A DNA stretch of 64,000 bases from an uncultured Alphaproteobacteria bacterium (GTDB lineage Bacteria; Pseudomonadota; Alphaproteobacteria; HIMB59; GCA-002718135): assembly GCA_902585605.1 (NCBI GenBank), contig CACIED010000002.1, forward strand, positions 3,415 to 67,414, given 5' to 3'. The notes beneath the pieces were generated by a model, which saw only the letters and a list, made by a program, of their open reading frames with translations, was not told the DNA's origin and did no database searches. The translations under genes were made by a program, and so were the position numbers. This document shows, one piece after another, positions 37,943-48,046 of the stretch; the stretch's first letter is position 1, and each line of letters opens with the position of its first letter.

Positions 37943-39009
37943 TGAGTTTTAAAGATATATTTAATATAGACGGAGAAGTAAAGGAAAGTGCTCATGCAAG
38001 AGTAAATTTAATTGGTGAACATACCGATTATACTGGTGGATATGTAATGCCTACACTTTTGTCTTTTAAAAATACAATTGAGATAACTGAAAACAACACT
38101 AATGAATTCATAGTTTATTCTCAATATTTTAAAGAAAAAAAAGCATTCAATGATTTCAAAAAATCAACTAACAATGAGTGGGTTGATTATATAAAAGGTT
38201 GTTTACATATTTTTTTTGAAGAAAATAAGATTTCATCGCGATATTTAAACATTTATATTTCATCTGATATACCTTTGGAAAGAGGTATTTCATCATCTTC
38301 AGCATTGTGTGTTGCTACACTAAAAGCACTTAATACTTTTTTTGAAACAAAGATCAAAGATCCAGAAATTGCAAAATTAGCAAAGAAAGTAGAATTTAAT
38401 TATATAGGTGTTTCTGGTGGAATAATGGATCAAATGGTTTCTTCTATTGGTATTCATGGCAAAGCATTTTTTATGAATTGTAAGAATTTAGAATACGAGC
38501 TTATTAGTTTTCCAAAAAATTGGAAATTTTGTTTAATAGACTCTGAAGTGCAACGAAATTTAAGAAATAGCTCTTATAATGAAAGATTTGCTGAACTCCA
38601 AGAAGCTGAAAGAAGCCTTGGTGTAGAATATTTGGGTGGAGTTAAAAAACAAAATTTTCAACCAGATAAATTTGACAATAATACTATTGCAAAAAGAGCA
38701 AAGCATGTAGTTTTTGAAAATGATAGAGTGATTAATGCAAAAAAAAATTTAATAGAAAATAATATTTACGAGTTTGGAAATTTAATGAATGAAAGTCACG
38801 AATCATATTCTAAAGATTTTGAAGCATCTACTTTGGATGTTGATTTAATTGTTAAAAGATCTGTTGAATGTGGTGCTTTAGGTGCTAGATTGACTGGTGG
38901 TGGATTTGGTGGTTTTACAGTTTCGTTAATTGAAAGAAATAATTTTAGTCATTGGTATAGTAAAATATTAAATTTTTACCCAGCTGAAAAGATTTTCGAA
39001 GTCAATTAG
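37942..39009 (+). CDS. galK: Galactokinase (GHMP kinase family)
   Basis: RVNLIGEHTDY, P.ERGISSSSA, GIMDQM and GARLTGGGFGG. Confidence 0.88.
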   Translation: MSFKDIFNIDGEVKESAHARVNLIGEHTDYTGGYVMPTLLSFKNTIEITENNTNEFIVYSQYFKEKKAFNDFKKSTNNEWVDYIKGCLHIFFEENKISSRYLNIYISSDIPLERGISSSSALCVATLKALNTFFETKIKDPEIAKLAKKVEFNYIGVSGGIMDQMVSSIGIHGKAFFMNCKNLEYELISFPKNWKFCLIDSEVQRNLRNSSYNERFAELQEAERSLGVEYLGGVKKQNFQPDKFDNNTIAKRAKHVVFENDRVINAKKNLIENNIYEFGNLMNESHESYSKDFEASTLDVDLIVKRSVECGALGARLTGGGFGGFTVSLIERNNFSHWYSKILNFYPAEKIFEVN

Positions 39010-40081
39010 GATGTAATAACCTTCTAAGTTTACCTTCAGTTACATCATGGTCAATATAACACCCTTGTAAATGTCTAAAACCAGTATTTGGGTTAAATTT
39101 TGTTCTTCCGTGTAACAATCTTAAGTTATCAAACATCGCAATCATTCCCTTAGATAATCTATATTTAATTTTGAATTCATCTGAATTACAAAGTTTAAAC
39201 ATATATTTTCTAGCATTGTAAAAAAGATCAAGTTTATTTTCATTTAGTAATTGAACATAATCAAGCCTACCACTAAAACGAATTTGTCTAAAGTCATTGT
39301 TATGATCAAGTTCAATTAATTTTGCTTCATCAATGAGAATAGTATCAATATCTGTAAATCTGAAAGTAACATTAGTATTAGTTAGTATTTTATAGAATTC
39401 AGGTTGGTTATGTTTTAAAAAATTTGAAACACTAAAACCATCAACCAAACTTGAATCACCTCCTGAAGATTCATTAGCAATACAATGAAGTAATTGGATA
39501 CCAGGAACAGGTTTTCTATATGGGTTATCTGAATGTGATGTTAATTCTAAAGCAGTGTAAGCAAGATCATTTGGATTAGGTTTAGAAACAACATTAAATA
39601 ATTTTCCAAAATTTGTTGATCTTACAGGACCTAATTTTTCTGCAAAATTTATAACTTCATTTTCCTCTTCTTTCGTATTTTTGATGATTACATAACCATA
39701 TTGATAAAATACTTTAAGCATTTTAATTAGCTCATTATTATTCTCAAAAATTTTATTATTATCAAAAATTTGTAGATTATGATTATTTACGTCCCATATC
39801 TTTCTTTCTGGTATGACATCAATATTATTGATTTCATTATATAAATCATCAATATTGTAAGATCCTTTTGTTCCATCACTGAACTCAACATTTAATACAT
39901 TTTCATTTACACTATGAGTATCTATTAATAAATTATCATCTAAAAGGCTTGGTTCATATAAACGTTGTAGATTATTTTGATCTACAAATTTGCTCCCATT
40001 TAATCTTTCGCGAAGCCAAATACTATGCAGTTTGAAATCTGATAATTTTCCTTCATTAATACAAATTATTTTTTTTCCCAT
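39002..40081 (-). CDS. 2-oxoglutarate/Fe(II) dioxygenase, gamma-butyrobetaine/trimethyllysine dioxygenase-like
   Basis: N-terminal IWLRE...QRLYE domain, DLAYT..ELTSHSDNPYR (HxD) and FDNLRLLHGR. Confidence 0.85.
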   Translation of the reverse strand: MGKKIICINEGKLSDFKLHSIWLRERLNGSKFVDQNNLQRLYEPSLLDDNLLIDTHSVNENVLNVEFSDGTKGSYNIDDLYNEINNIDVIPERKIWDVNNHNLQIFDNNKIFENNNELIKMLKVFYQYGYVIIKNTKEEENEVINFAEKLGPVRSTNFGKLFNVVSKPNPNDLAYTALELTSHSDNPYRKPVPGIQLLHCIANESSGGDSSLVDGFSVSNFLKHNQPEFYKILTNTNVTFRFTDIDTILIDEAKLIELDHNNDFRQIRFSGRLDYVQLLNENKLDLFYNARKYMFKLCNSDEFKIKYRLSKGMIAMFDNLRLLHGRTKFNPNTGFRHLQGCYIDHDVTEGKLRRLLHPN

Positions 40082-40167
40082 TTTTGGTTTTTTAATTAAT
40101 ATTTAAATTTGTGTAAATTATAAAATATAGTTAAAAATAAAAAAATGGTTGAGAAATAAATTATTAA

Positions 40168-40998
40168 TTATTCTCCCAATAAAGAGTCATCCAAAACTCT
40201 AGTTTCATATGCTGAATATGAATGCCAACCATGTACTGTTTGATCAAAATCAATTACGCTACCTGTCATTAATCCGGACTCTTCTGAGCACATAAAAGCT
40301 AATCCTTTTGCTACATCAATAGGCTTAATCAATCTATTAAAAGGAACTTTTTTTTCTTCATCTTGTAACCAATTTGGGTTTTTTTTGTGAACTCTTGTCT
40401 GAATATCATGTTCAGCAGGAGTATCGGTCCATCCAATATTTAAGGCATTTACTCTTATTTGATGACTGGCGACAGAATTTGCAATATTTTTTGTCATTGT
40501 AGCTAATGCAGCTTTTGAACCACTATAAGCAACAATAAATGGCATGCCGCTATACATTGCCATAGATAATACATTTGCTATTGTTCCTTTATTCTTATCT
40601 CTAATCATTATTTTAATTGTCTCTTGCATTAATATGAAAGGTGCGCGGGTATTAATATTATAATTATTTTCATAATTTTCTAGAGTAGCACTTAGAATTG
40701 TTCCTCTTTCTGTATATCCGGCAACATTAATTAGAGAATTTATCGTTCCAAATTTTTTATCAGTTTCCGAAACAATTTTTTTGCAATCATCAACATTTTT
40801 AAGGTCTGCTTTTATATACAAACACTCAGTACCTAATTTTTCAATTTGATTTTTAATTTCAAGACCTTTATTTTCTTGTCTACCGCAAATTGTAATTCCT
40901 TTAGCACCTCTACTAGCTAATAATCTTGCTGTTTCAGCGCCACTACCTTGTGTACTTCCTGTAACTATAATGACCTTATCTTTAAATTGTTCATTCAT
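40168..40998 (-). CDS. Short-chain dehydrogenase/reductase
   Basis: TGSTQGSG, NVAG, YSGSK and LNIGWT.TP.E. Confidence 0.88.
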   Translation of the reverse strand: MNEQFKDKVIIVTGSTQGSGAETARLLASRGAKGITICGRQENKGLEIKNQIEKLGTECLYIKADLKNVDDCKKIVSETDKKFGTINSLINVAGYTERGTILSATLENYENNYNINTRAPFILMQETIKIMIRDKNKGTIANVLSMAMYSGMPFIVAYSGSKAALATMTKNIANSVASHQIRVNALNIGWTDTPAEHDIQTRVHKKNPNWLQDEEKKVPFNRLIKPIDVAKGLAFMCSEESGLMTGSVIDFDQTVHGWHSYSAYETRVLDDSLLGE

Positions 40999-41013
40999 AA
41001 AATTTATCTATAA

Positions 41014-42015
41014 CTAAAATTTTGGTTTTACAACTTTATTTGAATTTACTGATTTAGTAGCTGAATTAGCAAGAATTAAAGCATTTTTTCCATCCTCGAA
41101 AGTGACTGATGTATTTTTTTTATTTTTTATTGATTTAATAAATTGATCTAATTGTATTTGATAAGCATCTTTGTATCTTTCGGTAAAAAAATTTTTAATT
41201 GATTTTTTTGCAAAGGATAAATTTTGATTATAATAATTGATATCATTATTAGGAACATTATCAGAAATTAACATACCATTACTTCCAAATACTTCGAGTC
41301 TTTGATCATAACCATACACAGCTCTTCTTGAATTATTTATATGAACTAAAACCCCTTTTTTTGATTTCATAATACACATAGTTGTATCATAATCATTCGT
41401 AACCTTAAAATCATTTGAGACATTTACAGAACCTTGTGCAAAAACTTCTACAATTGGATCGTTACTAAGAATAAATCTTGCTAAATCAAAATCATGAATT
41501 GAACAATCTCTAAAAATTCCTCCTGATTGTTTTAAATAATCAATACCAGGTGGAGAGGGATCTCTACTTGTGATTACAATCATTTCAATTTTCCCAATCT
41601 TCCCTGATAGAACCTCACTTTGAACTTTATTATGATTAGGATCAAATCTACGATTAAAACCGATTTGGATAGTTGGTTTATATTTTTTAATTTTTTGCCA
41701 ACATTTATTTACTTTATTTATATCTAAATCAATTGGCTTTTCACATAATATAGCTTTATTGCATTCTGCTCCTAGAGCAATATAATCTGTATGAGTTGGA
41801 GTGGCAGATGCAATTAAAATAGCATTAATTTGATCTGATGAAATTGCTTCCTTTGCAGTCTTTGCGACTTCACAATTATATTTTTTTGCAATTTTTTTAG
41901 CAGAAGTTGTGTCAATATCATAAACGTATTTAAGGCTCGCTTCTGGATGAGCATTTATGATTGATGCATGTAATTTTCCAATTCTTCCTGTTCCCAATAA
42001 GGCAAAATTAATCAT
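41014..42015 (-). CDS. iolG: Inositol 2-dehydrogenase-like Gfo/Idh/MocA oxidoreductase
   Basis: GTGRIG, CEKPIDL, IGFNRRFDP, ITSRDP, SGGIFRD..IHDFD, NSRRAVYGYDQRLEVFG. Confidence 0.82.
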   Translation of the reverse strand: MINFALLGTGRIGKLHASIINAHPEASLKYVYDIDTTSAKKIAKKYNCEVAKTAKEAISSDQINAILIASATPTHTDYIALGAECNKAILCEKPIDLDINKVNKCWQKIKKYKPTIQIGFNRRFDPNHNKVQSEVLSGKIGKIEMIVITSRDPSPPGIDYLKQSGGIFRDCSIHDFDLARFILSNDPIVEVFAQGSVNVSNDFKVTNDYDTTMCIMKSKKGVLVHINNSRRAVYGYDQRLEVFGSNGMLISDNVPNNDINYYNQNLSFAKKSIKNFFTERYKDAYQIQLDQFIKSIKNKKNTSVTFEDGKNALILANSATKSVNSNKVVKPKF

Positions 42016-42016
42016 T

Positions 42017-43204
42017 TTAGATTTTTATCCACTTTGAATTTAAATTAGAAGATTTTTTTGCTGCATATATAAATTTAATACCAGCTACGCCATCATCAAT
42101 ACTTGGAAATGAAGATTTTTTATTTTTATTATGAATATGATCAGCGAATTCTGAATAAATATTTGCAAAAGCTTCAAAAAAACCTTCCGGGTGACCAGCA
42201 GCAATTCTTGAAGATGATAGTGAAAATTTAGATACTAATTTACTTGCTCTTGTTATAACTTTCATTGGTTTATCGAGTTCTGTAAACTTTAGATTATTTG
42301 GATCGTCCTGTAACCACTCTATTGAACCTTTTGTTCCATACACCCTAATTTTTAAACCATTTTCTCCACCGGTAGCAGCAGACGATACCCAGATTATACC
42401 TCTTGCCTTATTACGCATTCTTAATAAAACAAAAGCATTATCATCGACTGAAATTTCTGAAGATAATGAATTTACTTCTGCAGATATTTCATTTGCTTCT
42501 AATCCAGTTACATATCTCAACAAATGATACGCGTGGGTTCCAATTTCAGATAATATCATTGATGGCCCAGATTGTTTTTTATCTAATCTCCATTTTAATG
42601 TTGCTTTTTCGTCTTTCTTTTTTAAGCCGACTGTATAACCTTGGGGGTACTCAACATTTATCAAATTGATTTTTCCTAATTTTTGATTTGAAATAATATT
42701 TTTTGCTTCTCTTAGCATAGGATAGCTTGAGTAATTGTGTGTTAATGCAAACACAATTTTATTTTTTAAAATGAGTTTTTTTAATTTAACAGCATCTTCA
42801 ACTGTTGCAGTTAAAGGTTTGTCACAAATAATATGTATACCTTTTTCAATAAAAGCCTTTGCTATCTTGTAATGATCTCCAGATGGAGTCATTATTCCAA
42901 GAGCTTGAATACCGTCATTTCTTTTTGATTCTGCTGATGCCATAGCCTTATAATCACTGTAACAACGATCATCAGCCAATCCCAATGACAAACCAAAAGA
43001 TTTAGATTTTTTTTTATCTTTTGAAAATATTCCTGCAACAAATTCAAATTTATTATCAAATCTAGCTGATAACCTGTGTGTGTATCCAATAAATGAATTA
43101 GGACCTCCACCAATAAAGCCAATTCGAATTTTACTTTTATTATTTAAAGTATCATTTCTGAGTAAATCTAGTCTACCGAAAGCAATTTTGGATTTTTTTT
43201 TCAT
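42017..43204 (-). CDS. Gfo/Idh/MocA oxidoreductase of the type found in alphaproteobacterial iol clusters
   Basis: GGG.NSFIG..HR.SAR.D, CDKPL, THNYSSYPM, IGTHAY and GHPEGFFEAFANIY. The start overlaps the upstream stop as TAATG. Confidence 0.85.
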   Translation of the reverse strand: MKKKSKIAFGRLDLLRNDTLNNKSKIRIGFIGGGPNSFIGYTHRLSARFDNKFEFVAGIFSKDKKKSKSFGLSLGLADDRCYSDYKAMASAESKRNDGIQALGIMTPSGDHYKIAKAFIEKGIHIICDKPLTATVEDAVKLKKLILKNKIVFALTHNYSSYPMLREAKNIISNQKLGKINLINVEYPQGYTVGLKKKDEKATLKWRLDKKQSGPSMILSEIGTHAYHLLRYVTGLEANEISAEVNSLSSEISVDDNAFVLLRMRNKARGIIWVSSAATGGENGLKIRVYGTKGSIEWLQDDPNNLKFTELDKPMKVITRASKLVSKFSLSSSRIAAGHPEGFFEAFANIYSEFADHIHNKNKKSSFPSIDDGVAGIKFIYAAKKSSNLNSKWIKI

Positions 43205-43974
43205 TAATTAACTATACCACCATCAATTACATAATTTTGTGCAGTACAACCAGAACTTTGGTCAGATGCAAAAAACAAAACTGGCTTTGATATATCTTCA
43301 GGCATAAGCATTCTCTTAATACATTGTCTCTCAAGTTGAGTTTTTTTAATTTCTGGAGTAAGCCATAATTTTTTTTGCCTTTCCGTAATGATCCAGCCAG
43401 GAACAATACAATTTACTCTGATATTATAAACACCTAAATCCCTTGCTAAAGTTCTTGTTAAACCCATAATAGCAGATTTTGCAGTTGTATATCCAGGCAT
43501 GCCGCCTTGAGAAATCATCCATGAAAAACTTCCAATGTTTACTACAGAACCTTTGCCTAAATCTTTCATGTCTTTATAGACAGCTTGGGTTGCAAAAAAA
43601 TAATGTCTCAAATTAATATTCATTCTATCATCCCAATATTCAGGGGTGACACTATCTAAATCATGTCTCTCATCATTTGCTGCATTATTTACTAGAATTG
43701 AAATTGGCCCAATTTCTTTTTTTACTTTTTCTAATGAACTTTTAAGTTGTTCTATATTTTTTAAATCACATTTTACAAATAGACTATCAATATCATATTT
43801 GTTTTTAATTTTTTTTGATAATTCATTACCTAACTCATCATTTATATCTAAAAATGCAACTTTTGATTTTTGAGAAGCAAATTGTTCGACAATACTTTCT
43901 CCAATTCCTGAAGCGCCACCTGTAATAAGCACTACTCTATCTTTTAGTGATGGGTAAGTTGCGATTTCGTCCAT
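43204..43974 (-). CDS. SDR aldose dehydrogenase resembling Caulobacter XylB-type D-xylose / rhizobial galactose dehydrogenases
   Basis: YPSLK.RVVLITGG.SGIG, NNAANDERH, NLRHYFF, YTTAK and PGWIITERQ..LW. Confidence 0.75.
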   Translation of the reverse strand: MDEIATYPSLKDRVVLITGGASGIGESIVEQFASQKSKVAFLDINDELGNELSKKIKNKYDIDSLFVKCDLKNIEQLKSSLEKVKKEIGPISILVNNAANDERHDLDSVTPEYWDDRMNINLRHYFFATQAVYKDMKDLGKGSVVNIGSFSWMISQGGMPGYTTAKSAIMGLTRTLARDLGVYNIRVNCIVPGWIITERQKKLWLTPEIKKTQLERQCIKRMLMPEDISKPVLFFASDQSSGCTAQNYVIDGGIVN

Positions 43975-44002
43975 GATTATTTATGATATATTAATCTAAA
44001 CT

Positions 44003-45505
44003 ATGTTTAACATAATCAAATTAAATGAAAAAGATAATATTGGAATTGCTCCAATGGATATTCCTCAGAATATTAATATAAATTATGGAATTAAATCTAT
44101 AAATAATATTCCTTACGGCCATAAAATTTCTTTAAAAAAAATTAAAAGTGGCGATTTTATTTTTAAGTATGGTCAGATAATTGGAATCTCTAATAAAAAT
44201 ATAGAACCTGGTGAACATGTACATTCCCATAATATGGGATATAGTGAATTCAAAAGAGAATATATCCGTAAAGATATTAGAAATGATATTATTAAAAGTG
44301 AAAAAACAGAATACTTTAAAGGTTTTAAAAGGAATAATGGATCATCAGGTACTAGGAATTATATAGGTTTAATTAGTACAGTTAATTGTTCAGCAACAGT
44401 AGTTAAAAAAATATCTGATAAAATAAATAATTATTTAAAAAATAATAATTTTGATAACATTGATGGAGCAGTTTGTTTAAAACATTCATCAGGTTGTGGG
44501 ATGAATACTTCTGGATACGCCATGAATGTATTCAACAGAACTATTGAAGGTTTCAAAATTCATCCTAATTTTGGAAAAGTTTTTGTTATCGGACTTGGAT
44601 GCGAATGTGCTCAAATAAGTTTGTACAAAAATGATCAGGAAAAAAGAAATATTAAATATTTGAATATTCAAGATGAAGGTGGAACAAATGAAATAATAAA
44701 GAAAGTAACTTCAAAAATTATTAATCAACTAAATGAAATTAATAGTATTTCTAGAACAAATATACCTATTTCAGAACTAACAGTTGCTTTGCAATGTGGT
44801 GGTTCAGATTCGTATTCCGGGATAACTGCAAATCCTGCACTAGGCTTTGCTTCAGATATGATTATTGATCATGGTGGAACAACATTACTATCAGAGACTC
44901 CAGAAATATATGGAGCAGAACATTTATTATTTGAAAAATCATTAAACGAAAAAAATATAGAAAAACTAATCAAACAAATTGAATGGTGGAAAAAATATGT
45001 TGCTAGCAACGGTAGCACATTAGATAATAATCCTAGTCCTGGTAATAAAAAAGGAGGTTTAACTACAATTCTGGAAAAATCATTAGGTGCAGTATCCAAA
45101 GCTGGTAATAGAAATATGGTTGATGTTCTTGATTATGCTGAACAGGTAAAAACCAAAGGTTTTAACTTTATGAATTCTCCAGGTTACGATCCTGTATCTG
45201 TAACTGGTCAAGTTGCTTCTGGCGCTAATGTTATTTGTTTTACTACTGGTCGAGGTTCATGCTTTGGATTCAAACCCACTCCAAGTATTAAAATAGCGAC
45301 AAATACAAATATGTACAATAAACTTACTGAAGATATGGACATCAATGCTGGTACTATTATGGATAATGTTGCAAGTGTTAATGAGGTTGGCAAAGAAATA
45401 TTTGATAAAATAATTTCAGTTGCATCAGGTGAAAAATCAAAGAGTGAAATAAATGATTATGGTGATGATGAATTTAATCCTTGGATAATTGGAGCAACAT
45501 TATAA
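44003..45505 (+). CDS. UxaA/GarD-family sugar-acid dehydratase (SAF + catalytic domains fused)
   Basis: PYGHKI, KYGQIIG, HVHSHN, GTRNY, H.SGCG, GLGCE, QCGGSD, NPSPGNKKGGLTT.EKS and FTTGRGS. Confidence 0.88.
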   Translation: MFNIIKLNEKDNIGIAPMDIPQNININYGIKSINNIPYGHKISLKKIKSGDFIFKYGQIIGISNKNIEPGEHVHSHNMGYSEFKREYIRKDIRNDIIKSEKTEYFKGFKRNNGSSGTRNYIGLISTVNCSATVVKKISDKINNYLKNNNFDNIDGAVCLKHSSGCGMNTSGYAMNVFNRTIEGFKIHPNFGKVFVIGLGCECAQISLYKNDQEKRNIKYLNIQDEGGTNEIIKKVTSKIINQLNEINSISRTNIPISELTVALQCGGSDSYSGITANPALGFASDMIIDHGGTTLLSETPEIYGAEHLLFEKSLNEKNIEKLIKQIEWWKKYVASNGSTLDNNPSPGNKKGGLTTILEKSLGAVSKAGNRNMVDVLDYAEQVKTKGFNFMNSPGYDPVSVTGQVASGANVICFTTGRGSCFGFKPTPSIKIATNTNMYNKLTEDMDINAGTIMDNVASVNEVGKEIFDKIISVASGEKSKSEINDYGDDEFNPWIIGATL

Positions 45506-45507
45506 AT

Positions 45508-46656
45508 TTATAAATCACCTTTAAAGGCATTAACATACATTTTTAAAAAATCTTCTGCATTAACTGGTATAGGATTTGTACTTGTGGAAGGATCATTAAA
45601 AGCCATAAAGCTCATTTTTTCTAAATTTTTGTCATCATCAATTATTTCACTTAAAGTATGAGGAATATTTAAATTAGATCTAAGCTCTAAAATCCAATCC
45701 ATAAAATTATTAAATGTTGCTAATTTTAAATTTATATATCTTGAAATATCAATAATTTTTTCTTCAATACCTTTTTTATTATATTGTAAAACATATGGCA
45801 TGAATACTGCATTGGTTAATCCATGATGTGTATTATAAATTGCACCAACAGGATGACTTAAAGAATGAATAGCACCTAAACCTTTTTGAAAAGCTATTGA
45901 ACCCATAGATGAAGATGCTAGCATATGCGATCTAGCTTCTAGGTTTGATCCATTATTAAAAGCAAGAACAAGATTATTTTTTACTAATCTAATGCCCTCT
46001 AATGCAATACCTTGCGAATAAGGATGGAAAATATTCGACAAATATGCTTCTAAGCAATGAGCTAGTGCATCCATTCCTGTAAAGGCTGTTAGATTTGCAG
46101 GAAGTGGAATGGTCAAATTTGGATCAAGAATAACAATTGATGGAAGCATTTTTGGATGGAAAATTATTTTTTTTTCTTGTGTTTGTTCGTTAGTAAAGAC
46201 TGATGCTCTCCCAGTTTCAGAACCTGTTCCAGCTGTAGTAGGTAAAGCAATTATAGGAAAAATTGAATCTGCATTAGCTCTAGTCCACCAGTCACCAATA
46301 TCTTCAAAATCCCAGATTGGTCTTTCTTGCTTGGCCATAAATGCAATTGCCTTTCCTGTATCCATACCCGAGCCTCCCCCAACAGCTATTACTCCATCAT
46401 GTTTATTTTCATTAAATGCCTTAACACCATCTTCAACATTCTTACCTGTAGGATTTGATTTAACATCACTAAAAACAATTACCTGTTTATCTAAACAATC
46501 ATTTAACTTATTAATAATGTTTGTTTTTAAAATTCCATTATCAGTAACAATTAATGGTTTTTGAATATTTAATTCTTCACAGGCTTTTTGTATTTCTTTT
46601 ATTCTATCAACACCAAACCAGATTGTAGTAGGATAATTCCAATTTATATTTTCCAT
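45508..46656 (-). CDS. Iron-containing alcohol dehydrogenase
   Basis: GGGSGMD, PTTAGTGSE, DALAH..E, KGLG.IH.LSH and HHG..N. Confidence 0.92.
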   Translation of the reverse strand: MENINWNYPTTIWFGVDRIKEIQKACEELNIQKPLIVTDNGILKTNIINKLNDCLDKQVIVFSDVKSNPTGKNVEDGVKAFNENKHDGVIAVGGGSGMDTGKAIAFMAKQERPIWDFEDIGDWWTRANADSIFPIIALPTTAGTGSETGRASVFTNEQTQEKKIIFHPKMLPSIVILDPNLTIPLPANLTAFTGMDALAHCLEAYLSNIFHPYSQGIALEGIRLVKNNLVLAFNNGSNLEARSHMLASSSMGSIAFQKGLGAIHSLSHPVGAIYNTHHGLTNAVFMPYVLQYNKKGIEEKIIDISRYINLKLATFNNFMDWILELRSNLNIPHTLSEIIDDDKNLEKMSFMAFNDPSTSTNPIPVNAEDFLKMYVNAFKGDL

Positions 46657-46660
46657 AATC

Positions 46661-48037
46661 TTAAATATTTCTTATATGATAGCTTTTTGCTCTTGTTAAA
46701 TGATCAAATCCTAGAACAGATAAAGTAACGCCAATTCCAGTATCTTTTACACCGGTCCATGCTAAGCCGGGATCTAAATAATCACATCTATTCATAAAAA
46801 AAGTTCCTGTTTCAACATTTTTTCCAAAATTTTCTGCAAAAGACTTATCATTTGTCCAAATACTTGCTGTTAACCCATAAGAACTATCATTCATTAGAGA
46901 TAAAGCTTCATTTTCATTTTCTACTTTCATTATTCCAACCGAAGGACCAAATATTTCTTCCATCATATATTTCATCGAATGATCGACATTGATGAGTGCA
47001 CTTGGGCTTACATAACAATTATTACCATCGTCTAAATTAAATTTTTTGTTATCTATAATGTTCTTGCCACCTTGACTAATTGCGTTGTTAACTTCAGTTC
47101 TAATATTATTCGCTGCAGATTGCTTCACTACTGGTCCTAAATTTGTCTCCATCTCTAGTGGATTTCCTAAAATGTATTTCTCAGTTACATCTTTAAATTT
47201 TTCTACAAATGTATTGTATATTTTTTTATCAACATAAATTCTTTCAATACCACAACAAGATTGACCAGAATTGAAGTATGATCCATCAACTAAATTTTCA
47301 ACAGCATGATCTAAGTCACAATCAGCTCTAACATAAGCAGGATCTTTTCCACCTAATTCTAAACCAGCACCAATAAATCTTGTACCTATAGATTTTTTAA
47401 TTTGTTTTCCTCCGCTTACAGAACCTGTAAATAAAACATGATTAATTCTTGAGTCTGAAATTATTCTTGATGTTTGATTATGATCTAAATGTAAATACTG
47501 AAAAATATTTTTTGGTAATGAAGATTGATTAGCTGCCTCATATAATTCTTCCGCACAAAGTGGAGTTTGAGAAGAATGTTTTAATATAACTGCATTACCT
47601 GCAAGTAAACTTGGTACAATTGAATTAACAGAAGTGTTGAAAGGGTAATTCCAGGGTGCAATTACAAATATAGTTCCTAGTGGTTCTTTTTTTATATAAT
47701 TATCAAATTCATCATTTTTAATTGAAACAACTCTTGATAATGCTCTATCAGCATTTTCAATCATATAACGAGCTCTTTCTTCAAAACCTCGCATCTCTCC
47801 TGGGCACTGTGCTATAGGTCTGCCTATTTGCTTACATAAATTACTAGAAACATCCTTATTTTTTAAAAATATTTCTACAAAATTTAAAACTGACTTTTTT
47901 CTTTCTTCTAGAGATATATTTTTCCAATGCTCTCTTTCGGAATAGGAATTGCTGAGACTTGTTTCAATATCTTCTTCTGTTGCATATTCTCTTTTAACTA
48001 AGACGGAGTTGTCTATTGGAGTAATAGTTTCAAACAT
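46661..48037 (-). CDS. Aldehyde dehydrogenase
   Basis: APWNYP, FTGSV, ELGGKDP, SGQSCCG, EEIFGP and NRCDYLDP.LAWTG.K. Confidence 0.92.
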   Translation of the reverse strand: MFETITPIDNSVLVKREYATEEDIETSLSNSYSEREHWKNISLEERKKSVLNFVEIFLKNKDVSSNLCKQIGRPIAQCPGEMRGFEERARYMIENADRALSRVVSIKNDEFDNYIKKEPLGTIFVIAPWNYPFNTSVNSIVPSLLAGNAVILKHSSQTPLCAEELYEAANQSSLPKNIFQYLHLDHNQTSRIISDSRINHVLFTGSVSGGKQIKKSIGTRFIGAGLELGGKDPAYVRADCDLDHAVENLVDGSYFNSGQSCCGIERIYVDKKIYNTFVEKFKDVTEKYILGNPLEMETNLGPVVKQSAANNIRTEVNNAISQGGKNIIDNKKFNLDDGNNCYVSPSALINVDHSMKYMMEEIFGPSVGIMKVENENEALSLMNDSSYGLTASIWTNDKSFAENFGKNVETGTFFMNRCDYLDPGLAWTGVKDTGIGVTLSVLGFDHLTRAKSYHIRNI

Positions 48038-48046
48038 TTAGTAAAA

